DNA of 64,000 nucleotides from Candidatus Omnitrophota bacterium (lineage in GTDB: Bacteria > Omnitrophota > Gorgyraeia > B26-G9). This document shows positions 28,470-38,360 of the stretch, piece after piece; position 1 is the stretch's first letter; each line of letters opens with the position of its first letter. Under the pieces are notes generated by a model, which was not told where the DNA came from, ran no database searches, and saw only the letters and a program-made list of their open reading frames with translations. The stretch is taken from the NCBI GenBank assembly GCA_018817165.1, contig JAHITY010000114.1, positions 81,721-145,720 on the forward strand, in the 5' to 3' direction. The position numbers and the translations under genes are program-made.

Positions 28470-29249
28470 ATGAGTAACAAAAATAAAATTATAAGTTTCT
28501 TAAAATGGTCAAGAGTCGGAGCAATTGCTGTTTGTTTGATGATGATTGTTTCAACCCTGGCATTAGCCTCAGAAAATTTAAATGAGCGCGAATATGATAA
28601 AAAACAGGCATATTCTAATGGAATAAGCACTATGCCGCTGGCAACTCCGGAATATCTTCTTGATGTAAGTGATGTTATTGAAGTAGTTGTTTGGCGCAAT
28701 GAAGATTTAAGTAGAATTTTAAAAATTCGCCCAGACGGCAGGATATCACTTCCTTTAGCCGGAGAAGTAAAAGCTAGTGGACTTACTCCTAAGCAGTTAA
28801 GCGATGTAATTGCCGCGACCTTAGAGCGTAAATATATCCTCAATCCTCAGGTAACGGTTATTGTCCAGAAAGTTGAAAGCAAAACAATTATGGTATTGGG
28901 ACATGTTAATAAACCCGGGCAATACAATATTTCAGAAAAAGTTACAGCTTTGCAGGCTATTGCCAGAGCTGGCGGTAATTCTCAATTTGGTCATATGGAA
29001 AATGTGGTGGTTGTGCGTAATGCTTATGCGATGAAGCCAGCTATCTATAATATTGATTTACAGAGCGCGATGAATCAGGCGAATTATAGTAATGATATGC
29101 TTCTGCAGCCCGGAGATATTGTTTATGTGCCAAAGAATTTCTTGGGTAAAATCGACGATGTTATGGGATTTTTCAGACTTAATATTCAACCTACATTAAG
29201 TTCTTATTTACAGTATAGAACTTTGGAAGCAGTGGAAGATAATAATTAA
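28470..29249 (+). CDS. Wza/GumB/KpsD-family polysaccharide export protein (Poly_export + SLBB)
   Basis: Signal peptide; DVIEVVVWRNEDLSRILKIRPDGRISLPLAGEVKASGLTPKQL polysaccharide-export motif. Confidence 0.8.
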   Translation: MSNKNKIISFLKWSRVGAIAVCLMMIVSTLALASENLNEREYDKKQAYSNGISTMPLATPEYLLDVSDVIEVVVWRNEDLSRILKIRPDGRISLPLAGEVKASGLTPKQLSDVIAATLERKYILNPQVTVIVQKVESKTIMVLGHVNKPGQYNISEKVTALQAIARAGGNSQFGHMENVVVVRNAYAMKPAIYNIDLQSAMNQANYSNDMLLQPGDIVYVPKNFLGKIDDVMGFFRLNIQPTLSSYLQYRTLEAVEDNN

Positions 29250-29270
29250 TACCTAAAAAGGGGATAAACC

Positions 29271-30935
29271 GTGAAAGATAAAAATCAAGATAAAAAAGAT
29301 GTAGATTTAGTAGATGTCCTGGAGATTATTAAAAGAGGCAAGCTGATTATTACGGCTTCGGTAATCCTGACATTGGCAGCAACTTTTTTTGTCACAAAAG
29401 TGTTGATTACTCCGGTTTATCAGACAAGCGCGAAAATTCTGATTCGCGAAGAAAAGCTTAATCCTAAAGATGATTTTCCTATATATGAAACTGGTTCACA
29501 ATTCGCGATCACCCAAGGGGAGATCATTAAAAGTAAAAATGTGATCAGTAAGGCTTTAGAAAAAATAGATCTGACTGCCAAAGCTTTGAGCGGCATAGAT
29601 AAAAAATCGCTTAATATTAGTGAACTCCAGAAAAATATAGATATCAATCTTCTTGAGAGCACTAATGTTTTAGAACTTAAGATTGAACAAAAAAATCCGC
29701 TATTTGCCGCGGAATTGGCTAATTCTATTGCCCAAACTTATATTGATAATAGAGCCAGCATGAAAAATAATACTGTAGCTCAGATCATTGCTTCATTGGA
29801 AAATGAAGCTCAGACAGCGAAAACAGGTTTTATTGAAGTGGAGAATGAATTAACTCAAATCGCCAGCCAGGATAATATGATTATGATATCCGGGTCTGAT
29901 ATGGTTTTGGATTTGCAGAAATATGCTGATGCGGATATGCATTTAATTAATGCAAACGGGGACATTGAAATGGTTGATGCCCAGATCAATGCGATCAGGC
30001 AGAGTATTAAGCAGCAGAAAAATCCCGAAGAACTTAACTTGAAATTTATTGCGAATAGTGATATTATAAACGACCTGAAATCTCAAATCCGTTTAGCTGA
30101 TTTAAAGCTGGAATTACTAATGAGTCAGTTCAGTCCTAATCATCCTGATGTGGTTGTCGCTACAGCGGCTATTGCTATACTTAAGGCTGATATTGCTCAG
30201 GAAGCGGATAGAATTATTAAAGCGGAAGTTGAATTTTTAGAAACAGAGAAAAAATCTTTAGTTAGTAAAAAAGAAGTTTTGCTGACTGCTTATAAAAAGC
30301 AAACTGATCGTTTGGATAAAGTAATCAAAAATCAGCCAAAATTAGCAATGCTCAAACGTGATGTAGAAATGAAACGTTCGATTTATAGTGATCTTATGGA
30401 AAAACTGCAGGAAGTTAGGGTCCTCCAGCATAGAACAAGACTGTTGCCGGATGCGGAGATAATTGAATTAGCTGAAGTTCCTGCGCAACCAGCAAAACCG
30501 AGCTTATTGAAAAATTTATTACTGGGATTAGTTGCGGGCCTAACTATGGGATTTGCTTTGGCTTTAATGTTTTCGGTTTCCGCTCAAACCGAGGATAAAT
30601 CAGAGGCTAAAAAATTACAAGATATAGAAAGGAGGACTTCAAGGAGGACTAAAAGCGCGCATAAGGTTACTTGTAGTGTTGTTGGTGAAAAAAAGGAATA
30701 TGTTTGCTGGAGTAATGATGTTGGTTCTGCGGGAATGAAGATAATTACCGATGAGAAGTTAAAGGAAAATAATATACTTAAATTTGAAATTCATAGAGAT
30801 AAGATGAAGCCGATTGTTGGTAATGGTATGGTAGTTTGGACATCACCGGTTTCGAAGAACGGCAGTAATAATAGTTATGCGTCAGGGATAAAGTTTTATG
30901 ATGTAGAGCTGGATATTAATAAAGAAAAAGCGTAA
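29271..30935 (+). CDS. Polysaccharide co-polymerase (Wzz/Wzc-like PCP, no BY-kinase domain) with C-terminal PilZ-like domain
   Basis: N-terminal TM, long coiled-coil periplasmic region, second TM (LLLGLVAGLTMGFALALMF). C-terminal ~110 aa RRTSRRTK...DVGSAGMKI...GNGMVVW resembles RxxxR / DxSxGG / GxVvW PilZ blocks (degenerate). No Walker A. Confidence 0.6.
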   Translation: MKDKNQDKKDVDLVDVLEIIKRGKLIITASVILTLAATFFVTKVLITPVYQTSAKILIREEKLNPKDDFPIYETGSQFAITQGEIIKSKNVISKALEKIDLTAKALSGIDKKSLNISELQKNIDINLLESTNVLELKIEQKNPLFAAELANSIAQTYIDNRASMKNNTVAQIIASLENEAQTAKTGFIEVENELTQIASQDNMIMISGSDMVLDLQKYADADMHLINANGDIEMVDAQINAIRQSIKQQKNPEELNLKFIANSDIINDLKSQIRLADLKLELLMSQFSPNHPDVVVATAAIAILKADIAQEADRIIKAEVEFLETEKKSLVSKKEVLLTAYKKQTDRLDKVIKNQPKLAMLKRDVEMKRSIYSDLMEKLQEVRVLQHRTRLLPDAEIIELAEVPAQPAKPSLLKNLLLGLVAGLTMGFALALMFSVSAQTEDKSEAKKLQDIERRTSRRTKSAHKVTCSVVGEKKEYVCWSNDVGSAGMKIITDEKLKENNILKFEIHRDKMKPIVGNGMVVWTSPVSKNGSNNSYASGIKFYDVELDINKEKA

Positions 30936-30980
30936 TCATCTTAAATTTTAAACAATTATATTTTATATTAAGGAGTCAAA

Positions 30981-31646
30981 ATGTCAACCGGAATCAATAT
31001 CGCAATTCCCAAAACAGAGGTAAAACTCGAGGATTGTTTTGCGGGTATTAATCAAAGATTTTATGAGTTTCTTAAAAGAAGCATGGATATATTCGGCAGT
31101 GCTCTTGCGCTGACCTTGGCCATGCCATTGATGCTGTTTATCGCGATTTTAATCAAGCTTACTTCTCCTGGCCCGATTTTTTATAAGCAGCAGCGCTGCA
31201 CTAAAAACGGTAAAGAATTTTGGTTGTATAAGTTTCGCTCTATGCCGGATAATATTGAAAATGGAAATGGACCTAAATGGGGAAAAACTGATGATCCCAG
31301 ATGCAATAATTTTGGCCGAATTTTGCGCTTATTACTTATTGACGAATTGCCTCAATTAATCAATGTTTTAAAAGGTGATATGAGTTTGGTTGGACCCAGA
31401 CCGGAAAGACCATTTTTTATAGAAAAATTTAGAAAGAGTGTTAAAGATTATGATTTGCGTCACAATATCAAAGCCGGGCTTACTGGTTGGGCGCAGGTTA
31501 ATGGGTATAGAGGCAATACTTCGATAGTAAAAAGAATTGAACATGATCTTTTTTACATGGAAAATAGATCTATATGTTTTGATCTTAAAATAATTCTGAT
31601 GACTCCATTTTCTATCCGACTGGCTAAATTAAAGTCAAAACAATAG
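30981..31646 (+). CDS. Bacterial sugar transferase (undecaprenyl-phosphate hexose-1-phosphate transferase, WbaP/WcaJ C-terminal-domain type)
   Basis: YKFRSM, DELPQLINVLKGDMSLVGPRPERP signature. Confidence 0.85.
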   Translation: MSTGINIAIPKTEVKLEDCFAGINQRFYEFLKRSMDIFGSALALTLAMPLMLFIAILIKLTSPGPIFYKQQRCTKNGKEFWLYKFRSMPDNIENGNGPKWGKTDDPRCNNFGRILRLLLIDELPQLINVLKGDMSLVGPRPERPFFIEKFRKSVKDYDLRHNIKAGLTGWAQVNGYRGNTSIVKRIEHDLFYMENRSICFDLKIILMTPFSIRLAKLKSKQ

Positions 31647-31832
31647 AATGATATTGTATTGATCAGAGTGTAGATGAATTTCACTCCAGGGTTGGGTTTG
31701 TTATGCATATCCTTTTTTCTGCAATATAAGCGTATTTTAATATGCTTAATCAGGGTAAATATTCTTGATCTGATTAAATTAATAAACTATCTAAATTCTT
31801 CTAAACCCTCTCTAAAGGGAAAAAGCAAATTA

Positions 31833-31861
31833 TTGATGTTATTCTAGCTGGATGTTATAAT
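31833..31861 (+). promoter_or_regulatory. Promoter-like TTGATG-N17-TATAAT in the 290-nt AT-rich spacer before the flippase gene
   Basis: Counted in sequence; about 80 nt upstream of the ATG at 31941. Confidence 0.4.
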
Positions 31862-31940
31862 AATTCAATATGTTATGTTTAAAATAAGTATAATATAATT
31901 TTTTTATAAATCGAGCAGAAATAAATTTGAAAAATATATT

Positions 31941-33368
31941 ATGAGTTTAAGACAGAAAACAATTCAAGGTTTGTGGTGGGGATTTGGCGCCAGGGTCTTT
32001 ATTCAGTTAAGCCAGTTTATTATTATGGCTGTTTTGGCGCATCTTCTGAGTCCAAGTGATTTTGGGCTTATTGGCATGGTCACAGTTTATTTTGGTTTTG
32101 CTTTGATGTTTGGGGAATTAGGAGTTAGCGCGGCTTTGATTCAAAGCCAAAAAGTCAATCAGGATCATTTTTCCTCAGCCTTTTGGATAAATCTTCTGGC
32201 TGGGATAACTCTGAGTTTAATTTTTTTATTAAGCGCTCCATTTATCGCGGGGTTTTATGCCAAACCAGAATTAATTAAGTTGATCCGGGTGATATCAATC
32301 AGCTGTTTTATTTCCTCTTTTTCAATTGTTCAATCAGCAATATTAAGAAAAGAAATGAATTTCAAAGCCATTGCTTTGGCCGAAAGCGCGGCGATTTTAA
32401 TTGCGGGAATACTCGGAATTTTCGCGGCCCTCAATGGTAAAGGGGTCTGGAGTTTGGTTTTTCATTTCATGAGTTTTATTTTTATCAAGAGTGTGCTTGT
32501 ATGGTTTTTTTCTCCCTGGCGGCCAAAATTTTTATTTTCTAAAACAGCGATTAAGGATATTTTTAGTTTTAGTATGAATATGACGGGGCTGAATATTGTG
32601 GAATATTTCGCCCGGAATATTGATTATTTATTAGTCGGCAAATTTCTCGGCGCCGGAGCATTGGGTTTGTATACTTTGGCTTATAAATTTATGCTTTATC
32701 CCTTACAGAATATCTCTAATGTCATCGGAGGGGTAATGTTTCCGGCTTTTTCTAAAATTCAGGATGATCTGGAGAAAGTTCGGGCAAATTATTTAAAAAT
32801 GGTCAAAGCGATTGCTTTGATTAGTTTTCCTTTAATGCTCGGCATGTTTGTGCTTGCCCCGGAATTTATCCGGATTGTGTTTGGGATTAAATGGGAACAA
32901 GCTATTCCGATAGTAAGGATATTAAGTTTTTGCGGGATGCTTCAATCTATTGAGGCTACAGTAGGCGATATCTTTCGTTCTCAAGGCAGAAGTGATATTC
33001 ATTTCAGACTACAGGTTGTGGGAACAATTATTGTTTCTCTGTGTATTTCAATTGGTTTAAAATGGGGCATAAAAGGAGTTGCTTGTTTGTATGCTTTGTA
33101 TAATTTTGCTTGGGTTCCTTATTTGATATCCCGATCAAATAATTTGATTAAATTAGCAAATAAACACTTAATCAAAGCAATTTATCCCGGGTTGTTAATA
33201 TCAGGATTAATTGCAGGATTGTTGAGTTTGATTAAATATTTTATTATTGCTTCGGATCTGTATATTTTACTTTTAGCCGTAGCATTGGGAGCGATTTTTT
33301 ATTTAGTTTTGCTGCTGTTCACAAAAAATATTTTAATCAGCAATAAGCGATTAGTATTGAACATTTAA
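31941..33368 (+). CDS. Wzx-like polysaccharide flippase (MOP/polysaccharide biosynthesis protein family)
   Basis: About 12-14 predicted TM helices, 475 aa, typical Wzx hydropathy pattern and position in locus. Confidence 0.7.
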   Translation: MSLRQKTIQGLWWGFGARVFIQLSQFIIMAVLAHLLSPSDFGLIGMVTVYFGFALMFGELGVSAALIQSQKVNQDHFSSAFWINLLAGITLSLIFLLSAPFIAGFYAKPELIKLIRVISISCFISSFSIVQSAILRKEMNFKAIALAESAAILIAGILGIFAALNGKGVWSLVFHFMSFIFIKSVLVWFFSPWRPKFLFSKTAIKDIFSFSMNMTGLNIVEYFARNIDYLLVGKFLGAGALGLYTLAYKFMLYPLQNISNVIGGVMFPAFSKIQDDLEKVRANYLKMVKAIALISFPLMLGMFVLAPEFIRIVFGIKWEQAIPIVRILSFCGMLQSIEATVGDIFRSQGRSDIHFRLQVVGTIIVSLCISIGLKWGIKGVACLYALYNFAWVPYLISRSNNLIKLANKHLIKAIYPGLLISGLIAGLLSLIKYFIIASDLYILLLAVALGAIFYLVLLLFTKNILISNKRLVLNI

Positions 33369-33402
33369 AATAATTTGGAAAAGCAAAAGGAGCGTTTATC
33401 TA

Positions 33403-34182
33403 ATGGATGATAAAAAGTGGCAGAAACATTTGGGCGAAGAACCATATGCTTGTGGACAAGAAAGTGTGGATCGTCCTTATGAAGAAAAGGTAGCTCTTTC
33501 TGCGCGAGTACTTATTTTTGTTCCTTCAGAAGCAAAAAATGTGCTTGTGGTTGGATGCGGAGATGGGACAGAAGTTAAATGGCTGGTTGACCGCGGGTTT
33601 GATTCACGAGGAGTTACCCGGAATCAATCAGAAGTAATCAATGCTAAAAAACGCTATGGCGTGGATATTGAAGTCGGAGACATGCATGAATTGCCTTATC
33701 CGGATAAACAGTTTGATTGTCTTGTGGCTAAAGATGTTTTTGAACACGCGATTGCTCCGACGATTGCTTTAAGGGAATTCTATCGGGTGCTTAATGATTA
33801 TGGATTACTGATATTAACCATGCCTTCGATGGAATGGGCTGATGAATTTTATCATCACAGTGTATTAACCCATAAACAAATGCGGATTATGTTTGAGAAA
33901 CATTCTTTTGAGCTTTTGGCCGGGCCGGGAATTAAACCAAAAATTCCGTTAAAGTCGCCGATTATCATTCCTTTGGGTTTGAAACAAGGGCATATTGATG
34001 TGTTTATCGCTAAAAAGTTAAAGTATAAACCAGCTGATTTCGCGATTGATGTTCAGCAAATTCAGCAAATTCCCTATGTCCGATTTTTAAAAAGCATATA
34101 CAAGCATTGTCCTGCTCCAATCGCAAAATTATTCAGAGGAATTTATAATCAGCTATTGATGTTTAAGGCCAGGTTTTATTAA
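33403..34182 (+). CDS. Class I SAM-dependent methyltransferase
   Basis: Motif I VLVVGCGDGTE, acidic loop D at motif II, 259 aa. Confidence 0.65.
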   Translation: MDDKKWQKHLGEEPYACGQESVDRPYEEKVALSARVLIFVPSEAKNVLVVGCGDGTEVKWLVDRGFDSRGVTRNQSEVINAKKRYGVDIEVGDMHELPYPDKQFDCLVAKDVFEHAIAPTIALREFYRVLNDYGLLILTMPSMEWADEFYHHSVLTHKQMRIMFEKHSFELLAGPGIKPKIPLKSPIIIPLGLKQGHIDVFIAKKLKYKPADFAIDVQQIQQIPYVRFLKSIYKHCPAPIAKLFRGIYNQLLMFKARFY

Positions 34183-34193
34183 AATTAAATTTA

Positions 34194-35687
34194 TTGCATA
34201 AGGGGAAAATGAAAGAAAATATAAAAAAAATAGTTTTAATTAATCCACCTTGGATTTTTGCGCATGAACGGGAGATAGTCCTTTCGCAAAATTTAGGTTT
34301 GGGCTATTTGACGGCATATCTATTAAAACATGGTCATCAGGTTGAGATTATTGATGCTCTTTGTGAGGGTATTAATAATTATCAAAAGATAAAAAGTAAT
34401 GATCAGCCATTTTTACAAGTAGGTTTAGATTATCAGCAAATAGTCAAAAGAATCCCTTTGGACACAGATTTTATCGGGATTTCCGCTCCCTTTACCAATA
34501 ATGCGAAAATAGTCAAGCAATTAGCACATGTAATAAAAGAAAGTTTCCCGGAGATTCCAATTATTATGGGTGGGGTATATCCGTCATTGACTCCTTATGA
34601 TGCATTTTGCGAAAAGATTGAATATTATGTCATCGGCGAGGGGGAAAAGGCTTTGCTTGATTTGGTTAATGGGCAAGAGCCAAATCAGATTAAAGGAGTG
34701 CTTTGTTTTGGTAAGTCTAAAGGCTTTGAAGCTGGACAAATAATTGAAAATTTAGATCAGCTGCCTTTTCCGGCACGCGATAAATTGCCGATGAGTAAAT
34801 ATGTTAATTTTCATTCTCCCCGCAGGCTGCAACTTAAAACCGGATCAATAATCACTTCACGCGGCTGTCCGTTTGACTGTACTTTTTGTTCAATTCATCG
34901 GATTACCGGTTATAAATGGCGAATGCGCTCAGCGGAAAATGTTTTAGCGGAAATTCGGGAATTAGTTGAGAAATATGGGGTAGAGCATATTGAGTTTGAG
35001 GATGATAATCTTACTCTTGATAAGCAGAGGGCATTGGCAATATTTGAGGGGCTTATAAAAATAAACAAAGAACTTAAGCCTTTATCTTGGTCAACGCCCA
35101 ATGCAGTGCGGATTGATACGCTAGATCGGGATTTATTGGAAAAAATCAAGCAGTCGAATTGCCTGTCTTTGAATTTCGCGATTGAGTCTGGGGATCCGGA
35201 ATTATTAAAAAAGATGAATAAAAAACTTGATTTGAATACTGTCTTAGAAATGACAAGATTATGCAAAGCATTAAATATTAAAATGAATGCTTTTTTTATG
35301 ATCGGTTATCCCGGAGAAGACCAGGCAAGTTTTCAGAAAACTTTAAGTTTTATTAAGGAAATAAAAATAATCGGCGTGGACAATGTTTATACGACCATCA
35401 CGCGCGCTTATCCTGGTACAAAGCTCTATGAATTTTGTGAAAAAAATAATTATATTACAATTAAAGATAAGCAAATAAACACTTATTTGGGCAATGCGAT
35501 TACTCCGGAAAATCTGATTGTTACTCCGGATTTTGATAAAAAAGTTTTGCTTAAGAGATTAGCTTTGGTGGAAAAAGCGGTATATCCATGGTATCTGCGA
35601 TTTTATCATCGGTACGCGTATTTGATAAAAAAAATAATTCCAATTAATATGATAAAATATATAAAAAAGTTGATTGATGAAAAATAA
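34194..35687 (+). CDS. B12-binding-domain radical SAM enzyme (class B)
   Basis: N-terminal B12-binding-like region, TSRGCPFDCTFCSI CxxxCxxC; conserved DQLPFPARD block shared with paralog at 44321. Confidence 0.8.
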   Translation: MHKGKMKENIKKIVLINPPWIFAHEREIVLSQNLGLGYLTAYLLKHGHQVEIIDALCEGINNYQKIKSNDQPFLQVGLDYQQIVKRIPLDTDFIGISAPFTNNAKIVKQLAHVIKESFPEIPIIMGGVYPSLTPYDAFCEKIEYYVIGEGEKALLDLVNGQEPNQIKGVLCFGKSKGFEAGQIIENLDQLPFPARDKLPMSKYVNFHSPRRLQLKTGSIITSRGCPFDCTFCSIHRITGYKWRMRSAENVLAEIRELVEKYGVEHIEFEDDNLTLDKQRALAIFEGLIKINKELKPLSWSTPNAVRIDTLDRDLLEKIKQSNCLSLNFAIESGDPELLKKMNKKLDLNTVLEMTRLCKALNIKMNAFFMIGYPGEDQASFQKTLSFIKEIKIIGVDNVYTTITRAYPGTKLYEFCEKNNYITIKDKQINTYLGNAITPENLIVTPDFDKKVLLKRLALVEKAVYPWYLRFYHRYAYLIKKIIPINMIKYIKKLIDEK

Positions 35688-35841
35688 GGATTTTTCTATA
35701 GAGAATTATACGGTATGTAATTTATCGACACCGAAGAGGCGATTGTTTTTAATTCGCAAGATCCGCGGTTATTTATTGCCGTTAAGGGCAAAAGAAGATA
35801 TTATTATTGGGAAAAATGAAAAACACGGAGCTAGTTAATAT

Positions 35842-37353
35842 ATGAAAATTACATTTATTTATCCGGATGTGATCGGCAGTGCCAATTATACCGGTATCTT
35901 TAATTTGGGGATCGGGCTTTTATCCGGGGTATTAAAAAAAGCGGGATTTCAGACATCTTTAATTCATATTAGTCAGCCGATTACGAAAATTGATTTTATC
36001 CGGCAGCTAAAAAGAGAAAACGCTGATCTTTATGCGTTTTCGACAACGACTCCGATGTTTAATTTTGTTCAGGATTGGGCTCAGTGGATCAAGGAAAATG
36101 ATCCCAGTAAATTAATCCTGGTTGGCGGAGTGCACGCGATTTTAAATCCAGAAGAGGTGTTTTCTTGCCCGGCAGTTGATTTTGTTTGTACCGGAGAAGG
36201 GGAATATCCTATTTTAGCACTTTGCAATGCTTTAAAACATAAGCAGGCTGTTCAAGGTATCAATGGCTTATGGACTAAAGAAAAAGGCAAGATTATCAAA
36301 ACTCCAAATCAAGCTTTGATCAAGGATCTGGATCAATTGCCATTTGCTGATAGAACTATTTTTAATTATAAGAACTTGATGGAAGGCAAAGAACAAATGT
36401 TTTTTGTCATGGCTTCACGCGGCTGTCCGTATAATTGTCCTTATTGCTGCAATCAAAGTATTCGGGAGAGTATTGCGGAGAATCAATCATGGGTAAGGTT
36501 TCGCAGTGTGGATAATGTGATTCAGGAAATTCAGCAAGTTTTAAAGCTTTACCCCCAGACGAAATTTATTGGTTTTTATGATGATATTTTGGCTTTAAAA
36601 AAAGATTGGTTTGCTGAGTTTACCGAAAAATATAAAAAATATATAAAATTACCATTCCGCTGTAATATGCGGGCGAATTATTTGGCTAAGGAAGAAATTA
36701 CTCGGATGATGTATGAGGCTGGTTGTCGAAGAGTTATTATTGGTTTAGAAAGCGGCAATGAAGGTTTGCGCAATGGAATTTTGCAGCGAAATATGTCAGA
36801 GGCTGTTATTTTGGAATCAGGTAGATTATGTAAAAAATACGGGATTGAATTCGCGACTTTTAATATGGTGGGATTGCCGGGTGAAGGCGCGGCTGAAATT
36901 CTGGACACAGTAAAGCTCAATGCCCGTTTAAATGCTGATTTTACTTATACATCGATTTTCTATCCTTTTGCCAAAACCGCTTTGCACGCATTGTGTGAAG
37001 ATAAAAAGCTATTAACGGATCGGATTATTACTGATTATGTTGAGGGCAGTATGCTTGATTTTGATCATCCGACTATTTGCCGGATAATCTTTGTCCGCAA
37101 CTTTTTCCGGCCATTAATGAATCTCTACAGATTGATTTATAAGCTGCCCAAAAGAATAAAAAAATACGCGGAGAAAATAATTGATCTTTTTTTAGGTTCA
37201 AAAATAATTGCAGTTACCTTGTTTGCCGCGGTCAATTTTTTATTTGCTACTGTGCGGGATAATAAGATTCTAGCTGGGTTTATCAATTGGCTTAAAAGAA
37301 TCGGAAAATCAAGAAAAATATCAATGTTCAATTCCAGTTTAAAGAAGAGCTAA
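35842..37353 (+). CDS. B12-binding-domain radical SAM enzyme (class B)
   Basis: ASRGCPYNCPYCCN cluster motif, LDQLPFADR block, 503 aa. Confidence 0.8.
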   Translation: MKITFIYPDVIGSANYTGIFNLGIGLLSGVLKKAGFQTSLIHISQPITKIDFIRQLKRENADLYAFSTTTPMFNFVQDWAQWIKENDPSKLILVGGVHAILNPEEVFSCPAVDFVCTGEGEYPILALCNALKHKQAVQGINGLWTKEKGKIIKTPNQALIKDLDQLPFADRTIFNYKNLMEGKEQMFFVMASRGCPYNCPYCCNQSIRESIAENQSWVRFRSVDNVIQEIQQVLKLYPQTKFIGFYDDILALKKDWFAEFTEKYKKYIKLPFRCNMRANYLAKEEITRMMYEAGCRRVIIGLESGNEGLRNGILQRNMSEAVILESGRLCKKYGIEFATFNMVGLPGEGAAEILDTVKLNARLNADFTYTSIFYPFAKTALHALCEDKKLLTDRIITDYVEGSMLDFDHPTICRIIFVRNFFRPLMNLYRLIYKLPKRIKKYAEKIIDLFLGSKIIAVTLFAAVNFLFATVRDNKILAGFINWLKRIGKSRKISMFNSSLKKS

Positions 37354-37355
37354 AT

Positions 37356-38360
37356 ATGCAAAGTTCAGAAATATTAATATCCGTGATTATCCCTTGTAAA
37401 AATGAAGAGAAGAATATTCTCCGCTGTCTTGGTTCGATTATCGCTGAGCTTAAAAATATCGGTAGGTCAGAGGTTCTGGTTATTGATTCGCGTTCCACGG
37501 ATAAAACTGTGGAGAAAGCTAAGCAGTTTCCGGTCAGTATCGTGCAGCTTAAAGAAAATTGGGATATCAGTCCTGCGGCAGCAAGATATGTGGGCTGTCT
37601 GCATACAATCGGAAAATATCGTTTGTTCATTGATGGGGATATGGAACTTATCCCCGGATTTTTGGGCCAAGCCATAGATTTTCTGGAAAAGCATAAGCAG
37701 GTTGCGGGCGTAGCTGGTCTAGGTTCTGAGTTTTATATTGAAGGCGGGAATCTGGAAAATATGTATAAACGAAAACAGTCAATTGCCGAAGTTGATGTCT
37801 TGGCCGGAGCCGGATTATTTACTGGCGCGGCGCTTAAAGCAGTGGGTTATTTTAATCCATTCTTAAAAGCCGAAGAAGAACATGAACTTGCGCAGAGATT
37901 AAAAAAAGCGGATTACAGCTTATTTACTCTGCCGATTCCAATGATCAAGCATTATACATCCAAAGGCATGGGTAATTTTGAACGCAGATTAAAAGCTGGG
38001 ATGTTCAAAGGAATTGGTCAGATGTTTCGCCTGACTTTAGAGCTGCAAACATTTTCCTTAAAATATTTTTTAGGGTTTAAATCATTTATTAGTTTTATCC
38101 TCCTGCTCATCGTTTTTATGGTAGCGCTATCCAATTTATTGTTTTTAGGTAATTCTTTGTTATTACAGGGAGTTGCCGGATTTATGGTATTAATATTGCT
38201 GATTTCCTGCTATAGTAAAAAGGGAATAAAATCAGGGATTTTAAGTTTTTATAAAATTTTTTTAATTAATCTCCAGATTTTTTCAGGTTTGTTTTACAAA
38301 ACTCCGGAAATCAGTAATTATCCAAATGATATTATAGTAATAAAAAAAGAGGGAGTATGA
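37356..38360 (+). CDS. Family 2 glycosyltransferase with C-terminal TM segments
   Basis: VIIPCKNEEKNI N-terminal GT2 motif, DxD-like FIDGD, 334 aa. Confidence 0.8.
   Translation: MQSSEILISVIIPCKNEEKNILRCLGSIIAELKNIGRSEVLVIDSRSTDKTVEKAKQFPVSIVQLKENWDISPAAARYVGCLHTIGKYRLFIDGDMELIPGFLGQAIDFLEKHKQVAGVAGLGSEFYIEGGNLENMYKRKQSIAEVDVLAGAGLFTGAALKAVGYFNPFLKAEEEHELAQRLKKADYSLFTLPIPMIKHYTSKGMGNFERRLKAGMFKGIGQMFRLTLELQTFSLKYFLGFKSFISFILLLIVFMVALSNLLFLGNSLLLQGVAGFMVLILLISCYSKKGIKSGILSFYKIFLINLQIFSGLFYKTPEISNYPNDIIVIKKEGV

Noticed and set aside
37328-37694. Overlapping short ORFs (37328..37675 -, 37402..37677 +, 37467..37694 -) at the rSAM/GT2 junction
   Set aside because: All lie inside the well-supported GT2 gene 37356..38360 (VIIPCKNEE motif in frame) and have no independent support.
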